NCBI RefSeq assembly: GCF_964213995.1
Contig: NC_135827.1
Coordinates: forward strand, 21,142,001 to 21,206,000
Source: Mustelus asterias
Lineage: Eukaryota
Length of the DNA stretch: 64,000 nucleotides
Reading direction: 5' to 3'
The position numbers and the translations under genes are program-made. Shown here one piece after another: positions 1-12,620 of this stretch. A model generated the notes under the pieces. The model worked only from the letters and a program-made list of their open reading frames with translations, did no database searches and was not told where the DNA came from. Each line of letters begins with the position of its first letter. Position 1 is the stretch's first letter.

Positions 1-208
1 AGATTTAACCCAGCCACTGTGATGAGGGCCTTTGAATAGTGATCTTAACCGAATCATTCAAGTTCAGTCTCACTTGCAATCTCTCTCTTCAGTACAACAT
101 ACTATAAAAATACTGAAATATTCTTTAAAAAATGAATCAATTGCCTCTAACACCATACCCCAGCACTCCGACAATGTACACGTCTCCTGAGCAGAGAAAG
201 TATCTTAC

Positions 209-257
209 CTTGAACTCCTGTTTGTAAAATGAAAAGCAGCTTCAGCAGGAATTGCAT
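209..257 (-). CDS. Signal-peptide (leader) exon of an IgSF-type gene continuing beyond the left edge of the window
   Basis: Minus strand ATG at 257-255 encodes MQFLLKLLFILQTGVQ plus 1 nt (49 nt, phase 1), followed by a strong donor AG|GTAAGA. Length and phase are typical of Ig-family leader exons. Confidence 0.75.
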
Positions 258-968
258 CTTTTCAATGTTTCCCACTGTTCCCGAAGCTGTTTAAACTTTC
301 AGACCCAGGACCCGTTATTATCCTGTGCGTCTGTGTTTGAGACATCAATGCGGATGTTCCACCCGGTAATTAACCTGAATTTCACCCTGCAACCGGCAAC
401 AACTGTGAAATACCATGACTTTCTGCTATCTTAAGGAAGGAAGTTACGTGGCAAGCGAAGATTGCTTTCTTTTCTCTTTTGATTTAACGGTGTTGTAAAG
501 TTCTACGTTGAGGAGGCTTTTTAATCAAAGGAAATTAAAGAATCCCGCCAACATATTTCTGCTCCATAATAGCTGATCTTGGACGCTGATTGTAATAGAT
601 TCAATACTAATTTCAATACTCCAATTATAATACAGTGGGCACCTTACAAGGTTTACATCAGGTTTACTTATCAGGTTTACATTGATTCAAATCGCTTTTC
701 ATCCCATGAGTACAGTTGTTATTTTCTACATTTACAACACTAATCCTCTACTTATTTGAACTGTGTCAGTTAAATTGGTCAGGAGAATATTTTCTCCTTT
801 CTTAAACTACAAATAGCTCACACATCTCCCACCCCATCCCTTGTACCCAAGGACCAAAGCTGCATTAATCCACCAATACCTATTTCAGATCACTATTGTC
901 AGGGGCAGCCTACAGGTTGGGAGTTACACCACCATTGAGTATCTCTTGAGTTCTTAATGGAAGCAACT

Positions 969-1040
969 TCCTCGTTCGTGTAGAGGTTATTATCCTCGTC
1001 TGTTACGCTGGAGACCGGGGTTCAATTCCCCGATGGGGAT
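969..1040 (+). pseudogene. tRNA-Asp-derived pseudogene (anticodon mutated GTC>GTT)
   Basis: tcctcgttcgtgtagaggttattatcctcgtctgttacgctggagaccggggttcaattccccgatgggga is colinear with vertebrate tRNA-Asp(GTC) (TCCTCGTTAGTATAGTGG...GGGGTTCGATTCCCCGACGGGGAG), with about 10 substitutions. Confidence 0.8.
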
Positions 1041-1056
1041 CTGCCAACTTCCATAT

Positions 1057-1360
1057 GGGCAGCACGATGGCACAGTGGTTAGCACTGCTGCCTCACAGTG
1101 CCAAGGACCCAGGTTCAATTCTGGCCTCGGTCACTGACTGTGTGGAGTTTGCACTTTCTCCCTGTCTCTGCATGCGTTTTCTCCCACAATCCAAAGACGT
1201 GCGGGTTAGGTTGATTGGCCATGTTAAGTTGAGCCTTAATGTCAGGAGGATTAGCAGGGTAAATGTGTGGGGTTATGGGAATAGGGCCTGAGTGGGATTG
1301 TGTTCGGTGCAAACCCGATGGGCCGAATGGCCTCCTTCTGCACTGTAGGATTCTGTGTTC
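1057..1360 (+). mobile_element. HE1-type tRNA-derived SINE
   Basis: tggcacagtggttagcactgctgcctcacag...ggttcaatt head (A/B boxes), V-SINE core gtgtggagtttgca, and CR1-like tail gggccgaatggcctccttctgcactgtagg. Confidence 0.9.
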
Positions 1361-1629
1361 TTTGATCTCTACTTAGAACCCCACTCTCTGGTGGTTCAGT
1401 TAGAATCTCTAAGGTGGGGCTGGAAGCATTGTTTTCCTCATCACATTAAGAAAATCCCACACAAAGTTTCTACACTGTATGAAAGGTACTTCATGCTGAG
1501 CTTCTCACCACGCAGTTTGTGAAAGGGAATTGCCTTTCTGGTTAGATTTTCACACCAGTTTCTTTAGTGCACAGTGGGGTTAGTTTGTGAGTTGACCCGT
1601 TACATTGTCCCATTGACATCAATGCATGC

Positions 1630-2302
1630 CAGAAACTGCTTTCTAAATGCATGTCACAACACAACCTTCCAGGTACACGGTACATACTCTTGCAACTCGG
1701 CCAACGTTGTCTACCTGATACGCTGCAAGAAAGGATGTCCCGAGGCATGGTACATTGGGGAAACTATGCAGACGCTGCGACAACGGATGAATGAACACCG
1801 CTCGACAATCACCAGGCAAGACTGTTCTCTTCCTGTTGGGGAGCACTTCAGCGGTCACGGGCATTCGGCCTCTGATATTCGGGTAAGCGTTCTCCAAGGC
1901 GGCCTTCGCGACACACGACGGCGCAGAGTCGCTGAGCAGAAACTGATAGCCAAGTTCCGCACACACGAGGATGGCCTCAACCGGGATATTGGGTTCATGT
2001 CACACTATCTGTAACCCCCACAGAGTTTCACTGGCTGTCTTGTCTGGAGACAATACACATCTTTTTAGCCTGTCTTGATGCTCTCTCCACTCACATTGTT
2101 TTGTTTCTTAAAGACTTGATTAGTTGTAAGTATTCGCATTCCAACCATTATTCATGTAAATTGAGTCTGTGTCTTTATATGCTCTGTTTGTGAACAGAAT
2201 TCCCACTCACCTGAAGAAGGGGCTTGCAGCTCCGAAAGCTTGTGTGGCTTTTGCTACCAACTAAACCTGTTGGACTTTAACCTGGTGTTGTTAAACTTCT
2301 TC
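1630..2302 (+). mobile_element. Penelope-like retroelement 3' fragment (GIY-YIG endonuclease C-terminus plus terminal repeat with hammerhead ribozyme)
   Basis: ORF 1574-2014 contains CNSANVVYLIRCKKGC..WYIGET...RMNEH...GLNRD, the PLE GIY-YIG signature. It is followed by CTGAAGA...CGAAA and the aaacctgttggactttaacctggtgttgt end also seen at 42920 and 47925. Confidence 0.9.
2206..2245 (+). ncRNA. Minimal type-I hammerhead ribozyme motif (Penelope-associated)
   Basis: cac-CTGAAGA-a-ggggc(ttgca)gctcc-GAAA-gc-tt-gtg: conserved core, stem II, palindromic AGCT in place of stem III, and cac/gtg stem I. Confidence 0.65.
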
Positions 2303-2800
2303 TTGTATTCGAGCCCTCTCGAGATGAATGCTAACATTGCATTTGCCTTCGTAGCTGCCGACTGAACCTGCACATTAACCTGAAGAGAATCTTGAACAAT
2401 GACTCCAAAGTCCTTTTGTGTTTCTGATTTCCTAAGCACTTTCCCATTTAGAAAATAGTCTATGCCTCCATTCCTCCTTCCAAAGTGCATAACCCCACAC
2501 TTTTCCACATTATATTCCCTCTGCCACTTCTTTGTCCACTCTCCTAACCTGTCCAAGTCCTTCTGCAGCCCCCCTGCTTCCTCAATACTACCCAACCCTC
2601 TACATATCTTTGTATCATCTGCAAGCTTAGTAACAGTACCTTCAGTTCCTTCCTCCAAATCGTTAATTTATATTGTGAAAAGTTGTGGTCCCAGCACTGA
2701 CCCCTGAGGCACACCACTAGTCACCGGCTGCCATCCTGAAAAAGACCCCTTTATCCCCACTCTCTGCCTTGTGCCAGTCAACCAATCCTCTTTCCATGCC
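2303..2800 (-). mobile_element. CR1-clade LINE fragment (RT C-terminal part)
   Basis: ORF 2254-2658: KLADDTKIC...LQKDLDRLGEW..KWQ.EYNVEKC.VMHFG. Confidence 0.9.
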
Positions 2801-2899
2801 AGGGACCCTGAATTAGAATTTCCAAAGGGTCCCATATCTCATCGTCTTGGGTACAACCGGTCTCCAACTATCCAGCAACCGAAAGATTTGGGCCAAAAT

Positions 2900-3410
2900 A
2901 ATATTTTTTAATAAGAGATTGGTAAATATTGATATTCAGGGGAGCTGGGTCTTTTGTACATGAATTACAGAAAGTTAACATGTAAGTACAACATGCAGTT
3001 CGCAAAGCAGCTGGTATATTTATATTGGAGTATAAGTTCAGGAAATTTTGTTGTAAAACTCTCTTCAAACGTGAATGCCAAGGTACTGTTTCCCCTGGCT
3101 GGAGAGTCAAAATTTAGGGCTCATAATCTTTGGACAAAGGGTCTGCCATTTAGAATTGAGATGAGCAAAGTAATTCATTCAGGGTGTTGTGAATCTTTAG
3201 AATTCTCTACTTCAGATGGTTATGAATGTTCAGTTAATAGAGATATTCAAGACTGAGATCAGTAAACGTTGGGTACTTAAGGGAGTTAAGAGTTACAGGT
3301 ATAGGTTGTGAAAGGGAAGCTAATGTAAAAGTTCAGTCGTGATCTTATTGAATGGTGGAGCAGCTGTGATGAGCCATATTGAATACTCCTGTTCCGAATT
3401 CTAATGTTCT
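2900..3410 (+). mobile_element. Degenerate CR1 LINE 3' fragment
   Basis: Remnant LFPLAGESKFRAHNL..KGLPFRIEM and CR1-type 3' UTR (gatcttattgaatggtggagcag...ttctaatgttct). Confidence 0.7.
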
Positions 3411-3838
3411 AAAACTCTTCAGAACTTTAGAATTCTCCTATATGCACTATTTGGCACAAACTTTTAGGTCATGTTGTTTCACTTCAACATGGGTTGTTTA
3501 GTCACTTGGTTAGATAGCTGGTTGAAAGGTTGAGTGAGTAGAGACAGGATTAGATAAAATGGATAATGTGGAGAAAGTACATTGCAGAGATTAATTTCCT
3601 TCCTTCATCTTGTGGTCTTATACATTAAATACTGTCGCTTGGCAGTATTGAACTTGAGTATCACTGAAGGAAAAGCATGTGTCGAAGCTTTTTGTCTTGC
3701 ACACATCAGCACAATTCACAAGAAGATGTCACACCACAGCTTGTGGTGGAAAATAAAAGCCCATGGTACAGCGGGTAACATATCAGAATGGATAGAAGAT
3801 TGGCTCACTGGCAGTAAGTAGACTTCGCATAAATGGGT

Positions 3839-4072
3839 CAAAGCAAATTACTGCAGATGCTGGAATCTGAAACCAAAAGAGAAAATGCTGGAAAACCTCA
3901 GCAGATCTGACAGCTTCTGTAAGGAGAGAAAAGAGCTGACATTTCAAGTCCAGATGACCCTTTGTCAAAGCTTTGACAAAGCGTTATCTGGACTCAAAAC
4001 GTCAGCTCTTTTCTCTCCTTACAGATGCTGCCAGACGGGCTGAGATTTTCCAACATTTTCTCTTTTGGTTTT
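3839..4072. mobile_element. Palindromic (tail-to-tail) Penelope terminal-repeat insertion with 11-bp TSD
   Basis: ~100-bp arms centred on tttgtcaaag|ctttgacaaa (3970/3971), flanked by the direct repeat cataaatgggt at 3828-3838 and 4073-4083. Confidence 0.7.
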
Positions 4073-4574
4073 CATAAATGGGTGTGTTTCTGTTTGGCAG
4101 GACGTGATGAGTGGATTCCCACAGGAGTCTGTACTGGTAAGGGGAGTGAAGGCATGGTAGCTAAATGTGCAGGTGATAAAAAGATAGGTAGGAAAGTATG
4201 TTGTGAAGTGGATAGAAGGAAGTTGCTGACAGATGTAGAAAGGACTCAGTGAGTGGACAAAAATCTGGCAGATGGAGTATAATGCGGGACAATGTGAATT
4301 TGTTCACTTTGGCAAGAAGAAGAAAAAAGCAGAATATTATGGAGGACAACTGTAGAATTCTGACGTGCAGAGGAATTGAGGTGTTCTAGTGCATGAGACA
4401 CAAAAAGTAAGGAAACAAGGTACAGCAAGTAATTAAGAAGACTATTGGAATGCTATCCTTTATTGAGAGAGGAATTGACCATAGAAGTAAGGTTGTTATG
4501 CTTCAGTTATACAGGGCATTGGTGAGAGCACATCTCAAATACTGTGTGTAGTTTTGGTCTCGTTGTTTAAGGAA

Positions 4575-7080
4575 GAGTGCTCCAAGAAAAATAAGGTGGT
4601 AATAGCCGGAGATTTTAACTTTCCCAACATTGACTGGGACAGCCCTAGTATTAGAGGGTTGGATGGAGAGAAATTTGTTGAGTGTATTCAGGAGGAATTT
4701 CTCATTCAGTATGTGGATGGCCCGACTCGAGAGGGGGCAAAACTTGACCTCCTCTTGGGAAATAAGGAAGGGCAGGTGACAGAAGTGTTAATGAGGGATC
4801 ATTTTAGGACCAGTGACCATAATTCTATTAGTTTTAAGATAACTATGGAGAATGATAGGTCTGGCCCAAAAGTTAAAATTCTAAATTGGGGCAAGGCCAA
4901 TTTTGATGGTATCAGGCAGGAACTTTCAAAAGTTAATTGGGGGAGTCTGTGGGAAGGCAAAGGGATGTCTGGTAATTGGCAGGCTTTCAAAAGTGTGTTA
5001 AACAGGGTTCAGGATAAACACATTCCTCTTAGAGTGAAGGGCAATGCTGGCAGATGTAGGAAACCCTGGATGACTCGGGATATTGAGACCCTGGTCAAGA
5101 AGAAGAAAGAGGCACATGACATGCATAGGCAGTTGGGATCAAGTGAATCCCTTGAAGAGTATAGGAGTGTAGGAGTAGAGTTAAGAGAGAAATCAGGAGG
5201 GCAAAAAGGGGACACGAGGTTGTTTTGGCAGATAAGGCAAAGGAGAATCCAAAGCGCTTCTACAAATACATAACGGGCAAAAGAGTAACAAGGGAGAGAA
5301 TAGGGCCTCTTAAGGATCAACAAGGTCATCTGTGTGCGGATCTACAAGAGATGGGTGAGATCCTAAATGAATATTTCTCATCAGTATTTACTATTGAGAA
5401 AAGCATGGATGTTAGGGAACTTGAGGAAATAGATAGTGATGTCTTGAGGAGTGTACATATTGCAGCGAAGGAGGTGCTGGAAGTCTTAAAGCGCATCAAG
5501 GTAGATAAATCCCCAGGATCTGATGAAGTGTATCCCAGGACATAGTGGGAGGCTAGGGAGGAAATTGCAGGTCCCCTAGCCAAGACATTTGAATCATCGA
5601 TAGTCACGGGTGAGGTGCCTGAAGATTGGAGAGTGGCAAATGTTGTGCCTTTGTTTAAAAAGGGCTGCAGGGAAAAGCCTGGGAACTACAGGCCAGTGAG
5701 CCTCACATCTGTGGTGAGTAAGTTGTTGGAAGATATTTTGAGGGACAGGATCTACAGGCATTTAGAGATGCAAGGACTGATTAGGGACAGTCAGCATGGC
5801 TTTGTGAGTGGAAAATCATGTCTCACAAATTTGATTGAGTTTTTTGAAGGGATAACCAAGAAGGTAGATGAGGGCAGTGCAATTGATGTTGTCTACATGG
5901 ACTTTAGCAAGGCCTTTGACAAGGTACTGCATGGTAGGTTGTTGCGTAAAGTTAAATCTCACGGAATCCAGGGTGAGATATCTAAATGGATACAAAATTG
6001 GCTTCTTGACAGAAGCCAGAGGGTGGTTGTAGAGGGTTGTTTTTCAAACTGGAGGCCTGTGACCAGTGGTGTGCCTCAGGGATCAGTGTGGGGTCCACTG
6101 CTATTTGTCATTTATATGAATGATTTGGATAAGAAGACAGGAGGCATGGTTAGTAAGTTTGCAGATGACACCAAGATTGGTGGCATAGTGGACAGTGAAG
6201 AAAATTATCTCCAATTGCAACAGGATCTTGATCAATTGGGCCAGTGGGCTGACGAATGGCAGATGGAGTTTAATTTAGACAAATGCGAGGTGATGCATTT
6301 TGGTAGATTGAACCAAGGCAGGACTTACTCAGTTAATGGTAGGGCGTTAGGGAGAGTTACAGAACAAAGAGATCTAGGGGTACAGGTTCATAGCTCCTTG
6401 AAAGTGGAGTTACAGGTGGACAGAGTGGTGAAGAAGGCATTCAGCATGCTTGGTTTCATCGGTCAGAATATTGAATACAGGAGTTGTGACGTCTTGTTGA
6501 AGTTGTACAAAACATTGGTAAGGCCACACTTGAAATACTGTGTGCAGTTCTGGTCACCCTATTATAGAAAGGATATTATTAAACTAGAAAAAGTGCAGAA
6601 AAGATTTACTAGGATGCTACCGGGACTTGATGGTTTGAGTTATAAGGAGAGGCTGGATAGACTGGGACTTTTTTCTCTGGAGCATAGGAAGCTGAGGGGT
6701 GACCTTATAGAGGTCTATAAAACAATGAGGGGCATAGATAAGGTAGATAGTCAATATCTTTTCCCAAAGGTAGAGGAGTCTAAAACTAGAGGGCATAGGT
6801 TTAAGGTGAGAGAGGAGAGATACAAAAGTGTCCAGAGGGGCAATTTTTTCACACAGAGGGTGGTGGGGTCTGGAACAAGCTGCCAGAGTTAGTAGTAGAG
6901 GCGGGTACAATTTTGTATTTTAAAAAACAGTTAGATCGTTACATGGATAGGATGGGTATAGAGGGATATGGGCCAAATGCAGGCAATTGGGATTAGCTTA
7001 GGGGTTTAAAAAAAAATGGCGGCATGGACAAGTTGGGCCGAAGGGCCTGTTTCCATACTGGAAACATGTATGACTCTATG
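4575..7080 (+). mobile_element. 5'-truncated CR1/HER1 LINE ORF2 (APE endonuclease C-terminus plus RT), frameshifted
   Basis: ORFs 4554-5273 (GDFNFPNIDW, LDLLLGN, SDHN), 5225-5545 and 5615-6892 (NYRPVSLTS, DFSKAFDKV, GVPQGS, FADDTK). 3' tail ends in gactctatg. Confidence 0.95.
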
Positions 7081-7627
7081 ATTAAGATGCTGGAGGTGGT
7101 TCAGAGGAGTTTTACTCGACTGATACCTGGAATAAGCAGTTTATCTTATGAGGATGGATTAGACAGACTAGGCTGGTTTTCACTGGAGGTTAGAAGAGTG
7201 AGGGGTGACTTCATTGGAGTATATAAAATCCAGAATCGTCTTAACAAGATAGACGTGGAGATGATGTTTCCTCTTGTGCGTGAGTTGAGAACCGTGGGAC
7301 ACTGCTTGAAAATTGGAGGTCACCCCCATTTTAGGACAGAGATCAGGAGATTTTTTTTCTTGGAGAATTGTGCAATTTTGCAGCTCTCTGCCTCAGGAGG
7401 TAGTGGGGAGCAGGAGCCGATGGGGGTGTGTGGGGTCACTAAATAAATATTTTTAAGATGGAGGTAGGTAGATTCTTGTTAACGGAATCAAAGGTTATGG
7501 GGGGGTAGATGGGAATGCAGAATTTGAAACACAAGCAGATTAGTCATGATCATATAAAATGGAGGAGCAGGCTCGAGGGGCTGAATGCCCTACTTATCTT
7601 ATTTTGTATGTTTGTATGTGCGTATGA

Positions 7628-7880
7628 TACCAAATGTAAAGGGAACAACAATTTATATTGCATGAGAAGGGAATGATGACTGTTTGGCAAGTGGACTTTA
7701 ACTGGTAAAGGCATTGCCATAGAGAATATATCAATTAACAGCCAAGCTTTGTTTAAGAGCACTCTCTTTTGATGCAATATAAATTGTTGTTCCCATTACA
7801 TTTGATACTCTTGCAAATTGTCCTGATGAGTGCAAGATGAAAAGCTTTGAAAATATGTGCTTTTTTCAGCAATACTCAAA
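7628..7880 (+). repeat. Inverted-repeat element with degenerate hammerhead-like core (probably PLE-derived)
   Basis: 33-bp inverted repeat 7632-7664/7772-7804, then ctgatgagtgcaagatgaaaagc. A homologous segment lies in the opposite orientation at ~3640-3725. Confidence 0.5.
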
Positions 7881-8799
7881 CCTTACATTATCAAATTACC
7901 AACACATATAATTAAGGTCTTTGCATTAGAGGTGAATAAATGCATTTGGTTTATCTCACAGATTCACATGGGAGAAAACACATTTCTTAAAAGATTCAGA
8001 CAAGCAGTAATTTCTGTTTTAACTATTCAGACCCTGGTAAACACAATGGTAGAACCGGGATAGAAAACAACACCAAACAAAAATCCTTGACTGACGTCAT
8101 TAAGCACGATAGTGGGACAGATCTGAATCAAAGACATTGGGCCAAATAATGATAGGCTCATTTATCTGGGGGCAAATGTCCTGTTGCATATTTACATTGA
8201 TTTTTCTTCTTCAAACCTGTGCTTGCAGATCTGACACTTCTATTCAGTAATGTTTATTTGGTGAAGATTTGTAAGTGTGCAGACATGATCGTCCTAAACA
8301 TTAAATTGATTGTTGAGCATGAATTTTTTAACAATTCTGTGCCATTCTAACTATTCTGCTGGATGTTTCTGGTGGAATCTATTTACCACAGGCCACTGAA
8401 AAGTGTCACTGCTCCCAACTGAAGGGGCAACTTTTAGATTCATGAGTGCGCTCACTTCAGCCATCTCCCATGTGTTATTCCTTATCCTCCCTCCCCCATA
8501 CACACTAGTTTCCCACTCACAAATGGCAAAACCAACATCGGATTCCTTTATTTAAAAACAACTGAATGCCTGCTGCTTATTGCAGGCCCCATACCAATTA
8601 ACACCAATCGTCTCCTTTCCTCTTTAAAATACCAACCACAAGGGCACCCATCCTCTCCATAAAGAATATGAGTTCGTCAGGCAATCAGCACAGCTCCAGA
8701 ATCTCACTGTAGGAGTTCCTCGGGGAAATGTCTTCAGGCCAATATCTTTAGCTTCTGCATCATTGACATTCCTTGCATCATGCCAGGGTATAGATTGAA

Positions 8800-9137
8800 T
8801 CATAGAATTCCTACACTACAAAAGGAGACCATTTGGTCCATCAAGTCTGCACCAACAACAACCCCACCCAGGTCCTATCCGCGTAACCCCACATATTTAC
8901 CCTGCTAATCCCTCTAACCTACGCATCCCATGATACTAAGGGGCAATTTAGCATGGCAAACCTACCTGACCCGCACAGCTTTGGAGTGTGGGAGGAAACC
9001 GGAGGACCTGGAGGAAACCCACGTAGACACGGGGAGAATGTGCAAATTCCACACAGACAGTGAGCCAAGCCCGGAATTGAACCGAGGTCCCTGGAGCTAT
9101 GAGGCAGCAATGCTAACCACTGTGCCACTGTGCCACC
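8800..9137 (-). mobile_element. HE1 SINE
   Basis: Reverse complement of the HE1 head, core and tail. Confidence 0.9.
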
Positions 9138-9494
9138 CCACTTTCCCTTGTTCCCTTTCCATTGCACAGTGTTCAGCACAATGCTCCAATAATGCAATAG
9201 ACCCTGTCAACCTCAAAGCACCTCTGGATTGGGTCGACAAGAGGAAAGTAGCATTCATGTCACTAAAAGCACGCCAGACAATGACCATTTTGAAACGCCC
9301 TTCAATTTTTATGATATTAGTACCAAATCTATTGTGGGTGTCATTAATCCAGGCTCCCAGCGAGCAGCTATTGAAATAACAACAAGGCAGAAACTGGATA
9401 TTCTTATCAACCTGACCTCTCCAATGTTCTCAACTATCTTGAGGCAGGAGTGTGATGGAACATTTACCACTCACCTGAAGAAGTGTCAGCTGGA

Positions 9495-9835
9495 GCTCAG
9501 CGATAGCTTTCTTGCCTCTGAGTCAGAAGGTTGTTAAACTCCCACTGTGAAGCAGGAGATCCAAGAGGACACACCAGTGCAGTATAGTGGGAGGGTTATA
9601 CTGTCATTGTTTTCCAGATGGTGCATTACACTGAGATCCCTTTTGCTCGTAAAAGTAAAACTTATTAATCTATCAAGCAGCATCATTAATACGGGTTATT
9701 TGGTCATTCCCACATTGCTGTTTGTGCATCCACATTTTCTACATTATAACAGTGGCCAGACTTTTTCAGCATTTTGCTTTAAAGAGCTTTGGGAAATCTT
9801 GAGATTGTGAAAGGCATTATTTTAATATGTCTTTT
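9495..9835 (+). mobile_element. Old DeuSINE (SacSINE1-like) remnant
   Basis: ctctgagtcagaaggttg head and ttatttggtcatt...cacattgctgtttgtg...gctttggga...tgtgaaaggc tail; homologous to 55100-55495. Confidence 0.55.
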
Positions 9836-11289
9836 CTTTTGCAGACTCAACAGCACTCAGGAGGTTTGATACCATTATACAAAGCAGTTGGTATTCGTTA
9901 TTAAGCCCAGGTTTAAATCCTGTCCTACCTCTGTACTGTGGCTTAAGTAAGTAAGATATGGAGTTTATCACAGCGACTCATTTTCCTGTGTTCTCTAACA
10001 GAAAAGAGTGTAGGAATAGTAATGTGGGACACCAGGTTCCTCTCCAAACCAATGACTGTTGTGCATTGCTATTCCTTCACTGTTGTGGTGTCACTATCCT
10101 GAATGCCCTACCTAGCCGCATTGTGGCTGCCTTGTCACATCAGGGACTGGAATTATTGAAGAAGAAGCCTCACTGCCACCTTCTCAGGAAATGGGGAATG
10201 AATGCGGCCTCAGCACTGCCTAAGAATGTTCCTCTGAATTCAAAGTAATTTCATTCAAATAACTCAACCAGGCAAACGTTAGCACAAAAGGCCCATTTCA
10301 CTGTTTTCTTGGACAATTCATTGTCGACTGCAGAAATGACTTTGAATTTTCAGGAGTGACGCTTCAACAATCATAAGGGATTCCATTCTCTCTATCACCC
10401 AGAAACCATTGTGCAGACCAGGTAGCAGGAGGACTTCAATCTCTCCATCAACGATTAATACTGTCGATGTGGTGAAATTCAGTTCCTGGTTTATACATGA
10501 TAGTGTTGTTGTCGTATTTGTTGATAGTTCTATTTGTTGATAGTTCTATTTTCGATATTGGGAATTTCTAAATTAATTGTATTTATATTCAAAAGAGCTG
10601 ACAGTTCTGGGTTAAAAGCCTATAAGAATAAATAGGTATGCAGGTTCTTTTCTTACTCAGGCTGTAAAGTTAACCACTGTATTGAAGGAAAAAAAATAAA
10701 ACTTCTCACACAAAATATTGAGGGATAATTATAAACGTTGAAGGTGTTGAAACTCTCCTGCATTTTCACCCCTCACTTCTCTCCAAGTTGGTATCTAATT
10801 TAGTCCCGCTTCTATTTTGATGCCAGCACGTTCTTTGGCCAACACAATTTTCTGTTTTCATGAGAATTACTGCCACAGCTAATAGAAGACTGAACTGCTC
10901 TTGGCACTGGGGAGAGATGGGTCTAATGCAATGCTGATTCTTCTTTGCAGATTAGACTCTCAAAACACGAGTTGTCAGGAGATATTGGTCCAGATCCTTT
11001 GGCTTCCAGATCAACAGTGATCAGAGAAACCCCAGGAGAGACGTATTGGGAAGTTTGGAATGCACCAGCTCCAGGGGACTTGCCCAGGTGATTGGAACTT
11101 CTGATGGGCAATTTTCATACTCCCTGGAACACTGAAAAAGTTTCCAACTCTCCGTTGCTTAAACCTGGACAGTTCTGACTTACTTGAAAAAACCGTGACT
11201 CCAGCCTGACCACCCCCTGACTCATGACTACATTGTCTGATCTCCCAACTACCCTCTTAACCTGCCAAATCCCCCTGATTCCCCATCTC

Positions 11290-11582
11290 CACTGGTTAGC
11301 ACTGCTGCCTCACAGTGCCAGGGACCCGGGTTCAATTCCATCCTCGGTTCACTGTGCGGAGTTTGCACATTCTCCCCATATCTGCAAAGGGGCCCTCCGG
11401 GTGCTCCGGTTTCCTCCCACAGTCCAAAGATGTGCAGGCCACGCTAAATTGACACTGGTGTCAGGGAATTAGCAGGGTAAATATGTGGAGTTACAGGAAT
11501 GGGGCCTGGGTGGGATTGTGGTCGGTGCAGCCTCGATGGGCTGAATGGCTGCCTTCTGTACTGTAGGGATTCTATGATTCTA
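11290..11582 (+). mobile_element. HE1 SINE
   Basis: HE1 head, core and tail (gattctatgattct). Confidence 0.9.
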
Positions 11583-12449
11583 CCCCACCTTCCAAAATAT
11601 ACCCCTGATCTCCCCCCCCGACCCCCACAACTTCCCGGATCCAATCCGTCTAGCCCTTGACAGCCCCCAAATGCAACCCACCAACTTACTTACCCACTCA
11701 CCCACCTGCCACCCTACCACCCCACCCACCTATTACACAAACCAGCTGGCATCCAAATCACCTGCCACCTGTAACGATCCCAGTTATAACTGGATGGGAA
11801 GATCCCAGAATGGAACCCTAACTCAGGCTGTAACATTTATGTTTCTTTTAGAAAAGGTGGAGGAACAGAATCACATGATCACAAATTCGAATTAACAACA
11901 AGAAAAAAAAACATTTATTAAACATGATGCATTGGATTATGATACAATACTCCTTTACAGTACCCTCCCACCTCCCAGTGTCACAGATATATACAAATTT
12001 TAAGATTAACATAGATTACAAAGCACATCTTAAGCTATAATGGACTCAGTAACACAAAGTCCCTTTGAACATACATTGGCTGTGTCAAAGTACAAAGCAC
12101 ACACTCCATTCTGAACCCAAGTTAGTATGTGTGGATTCCTTCACTGAGAGCCCAGTAGCCCAGTATCAGGCTCAGCCAGTGGAAATACTAAAATTATCAT
12201 TGCCCCAGTGGGTTTTCCTGACGTCACTTTCAGCAACATCTCCCGGAATAAGACCAGCCAGAGTTGGCAACCCTAAGATAAGTTCAATAGGGGCCCATAC
12301 AAAGGCCTCAGGAATCCTGGAAATAAAGTTAGTTGATCCCACATCGGCCCCTAAGGGGAAAAGAAAATAAACTGCTGCCATCATCCAAAGGAATCCCACG
12401 TTGGACACTGAGGAGTCATTTCATCTGTGTAGGTGCTCCTGCTGTACAT

Positions 12450-12620
12450 TGAACATTGCTGGAGGTAGGCAGAGAGGGGGCTGGTGAGAACTTTGCTGGC
12501 ATGGAAAGAAGGGAACATTGCTGGGAGCTGGGTGGAGTGGGGAGTGTGAACATTTTTGGGTGCTGGGCAGAGAGTGAACATTGCTGGGGACTGGGTGGGG
12601 AGGTGAACATTGCTGGGGTT
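12450..12620 (+). repeat. Degenerate minisatellite (tgaacattgctgg + G-rich spacer, ~6 units)
   Basis: gaacattgctgg-like motif recurs at ~25-35 bp spacing. Confidence 0.6.

Larger units (their letters stand above)
3720..7615 (+). mobile_element. Old CR1 LINE fragment, interrupted by a palindromic PLE insert (3839-4072) and a younger CR1 (4575-7080)
   Basis: Degenerate RT text before 4575 (..HLKYCV.FWS..LRK) resumes at 7081 (IKMLEVVQRSFTRLIPG...) and ends in a (tatg)n tail near 7610. Confidence 0.8.

Noticed and set aside
12450-12620. CRISPR-like repeat-spacer pattern
   Set aside because: Eukaryotic context, short degenerate units and G-rich related spacers indicate a minisatellite.
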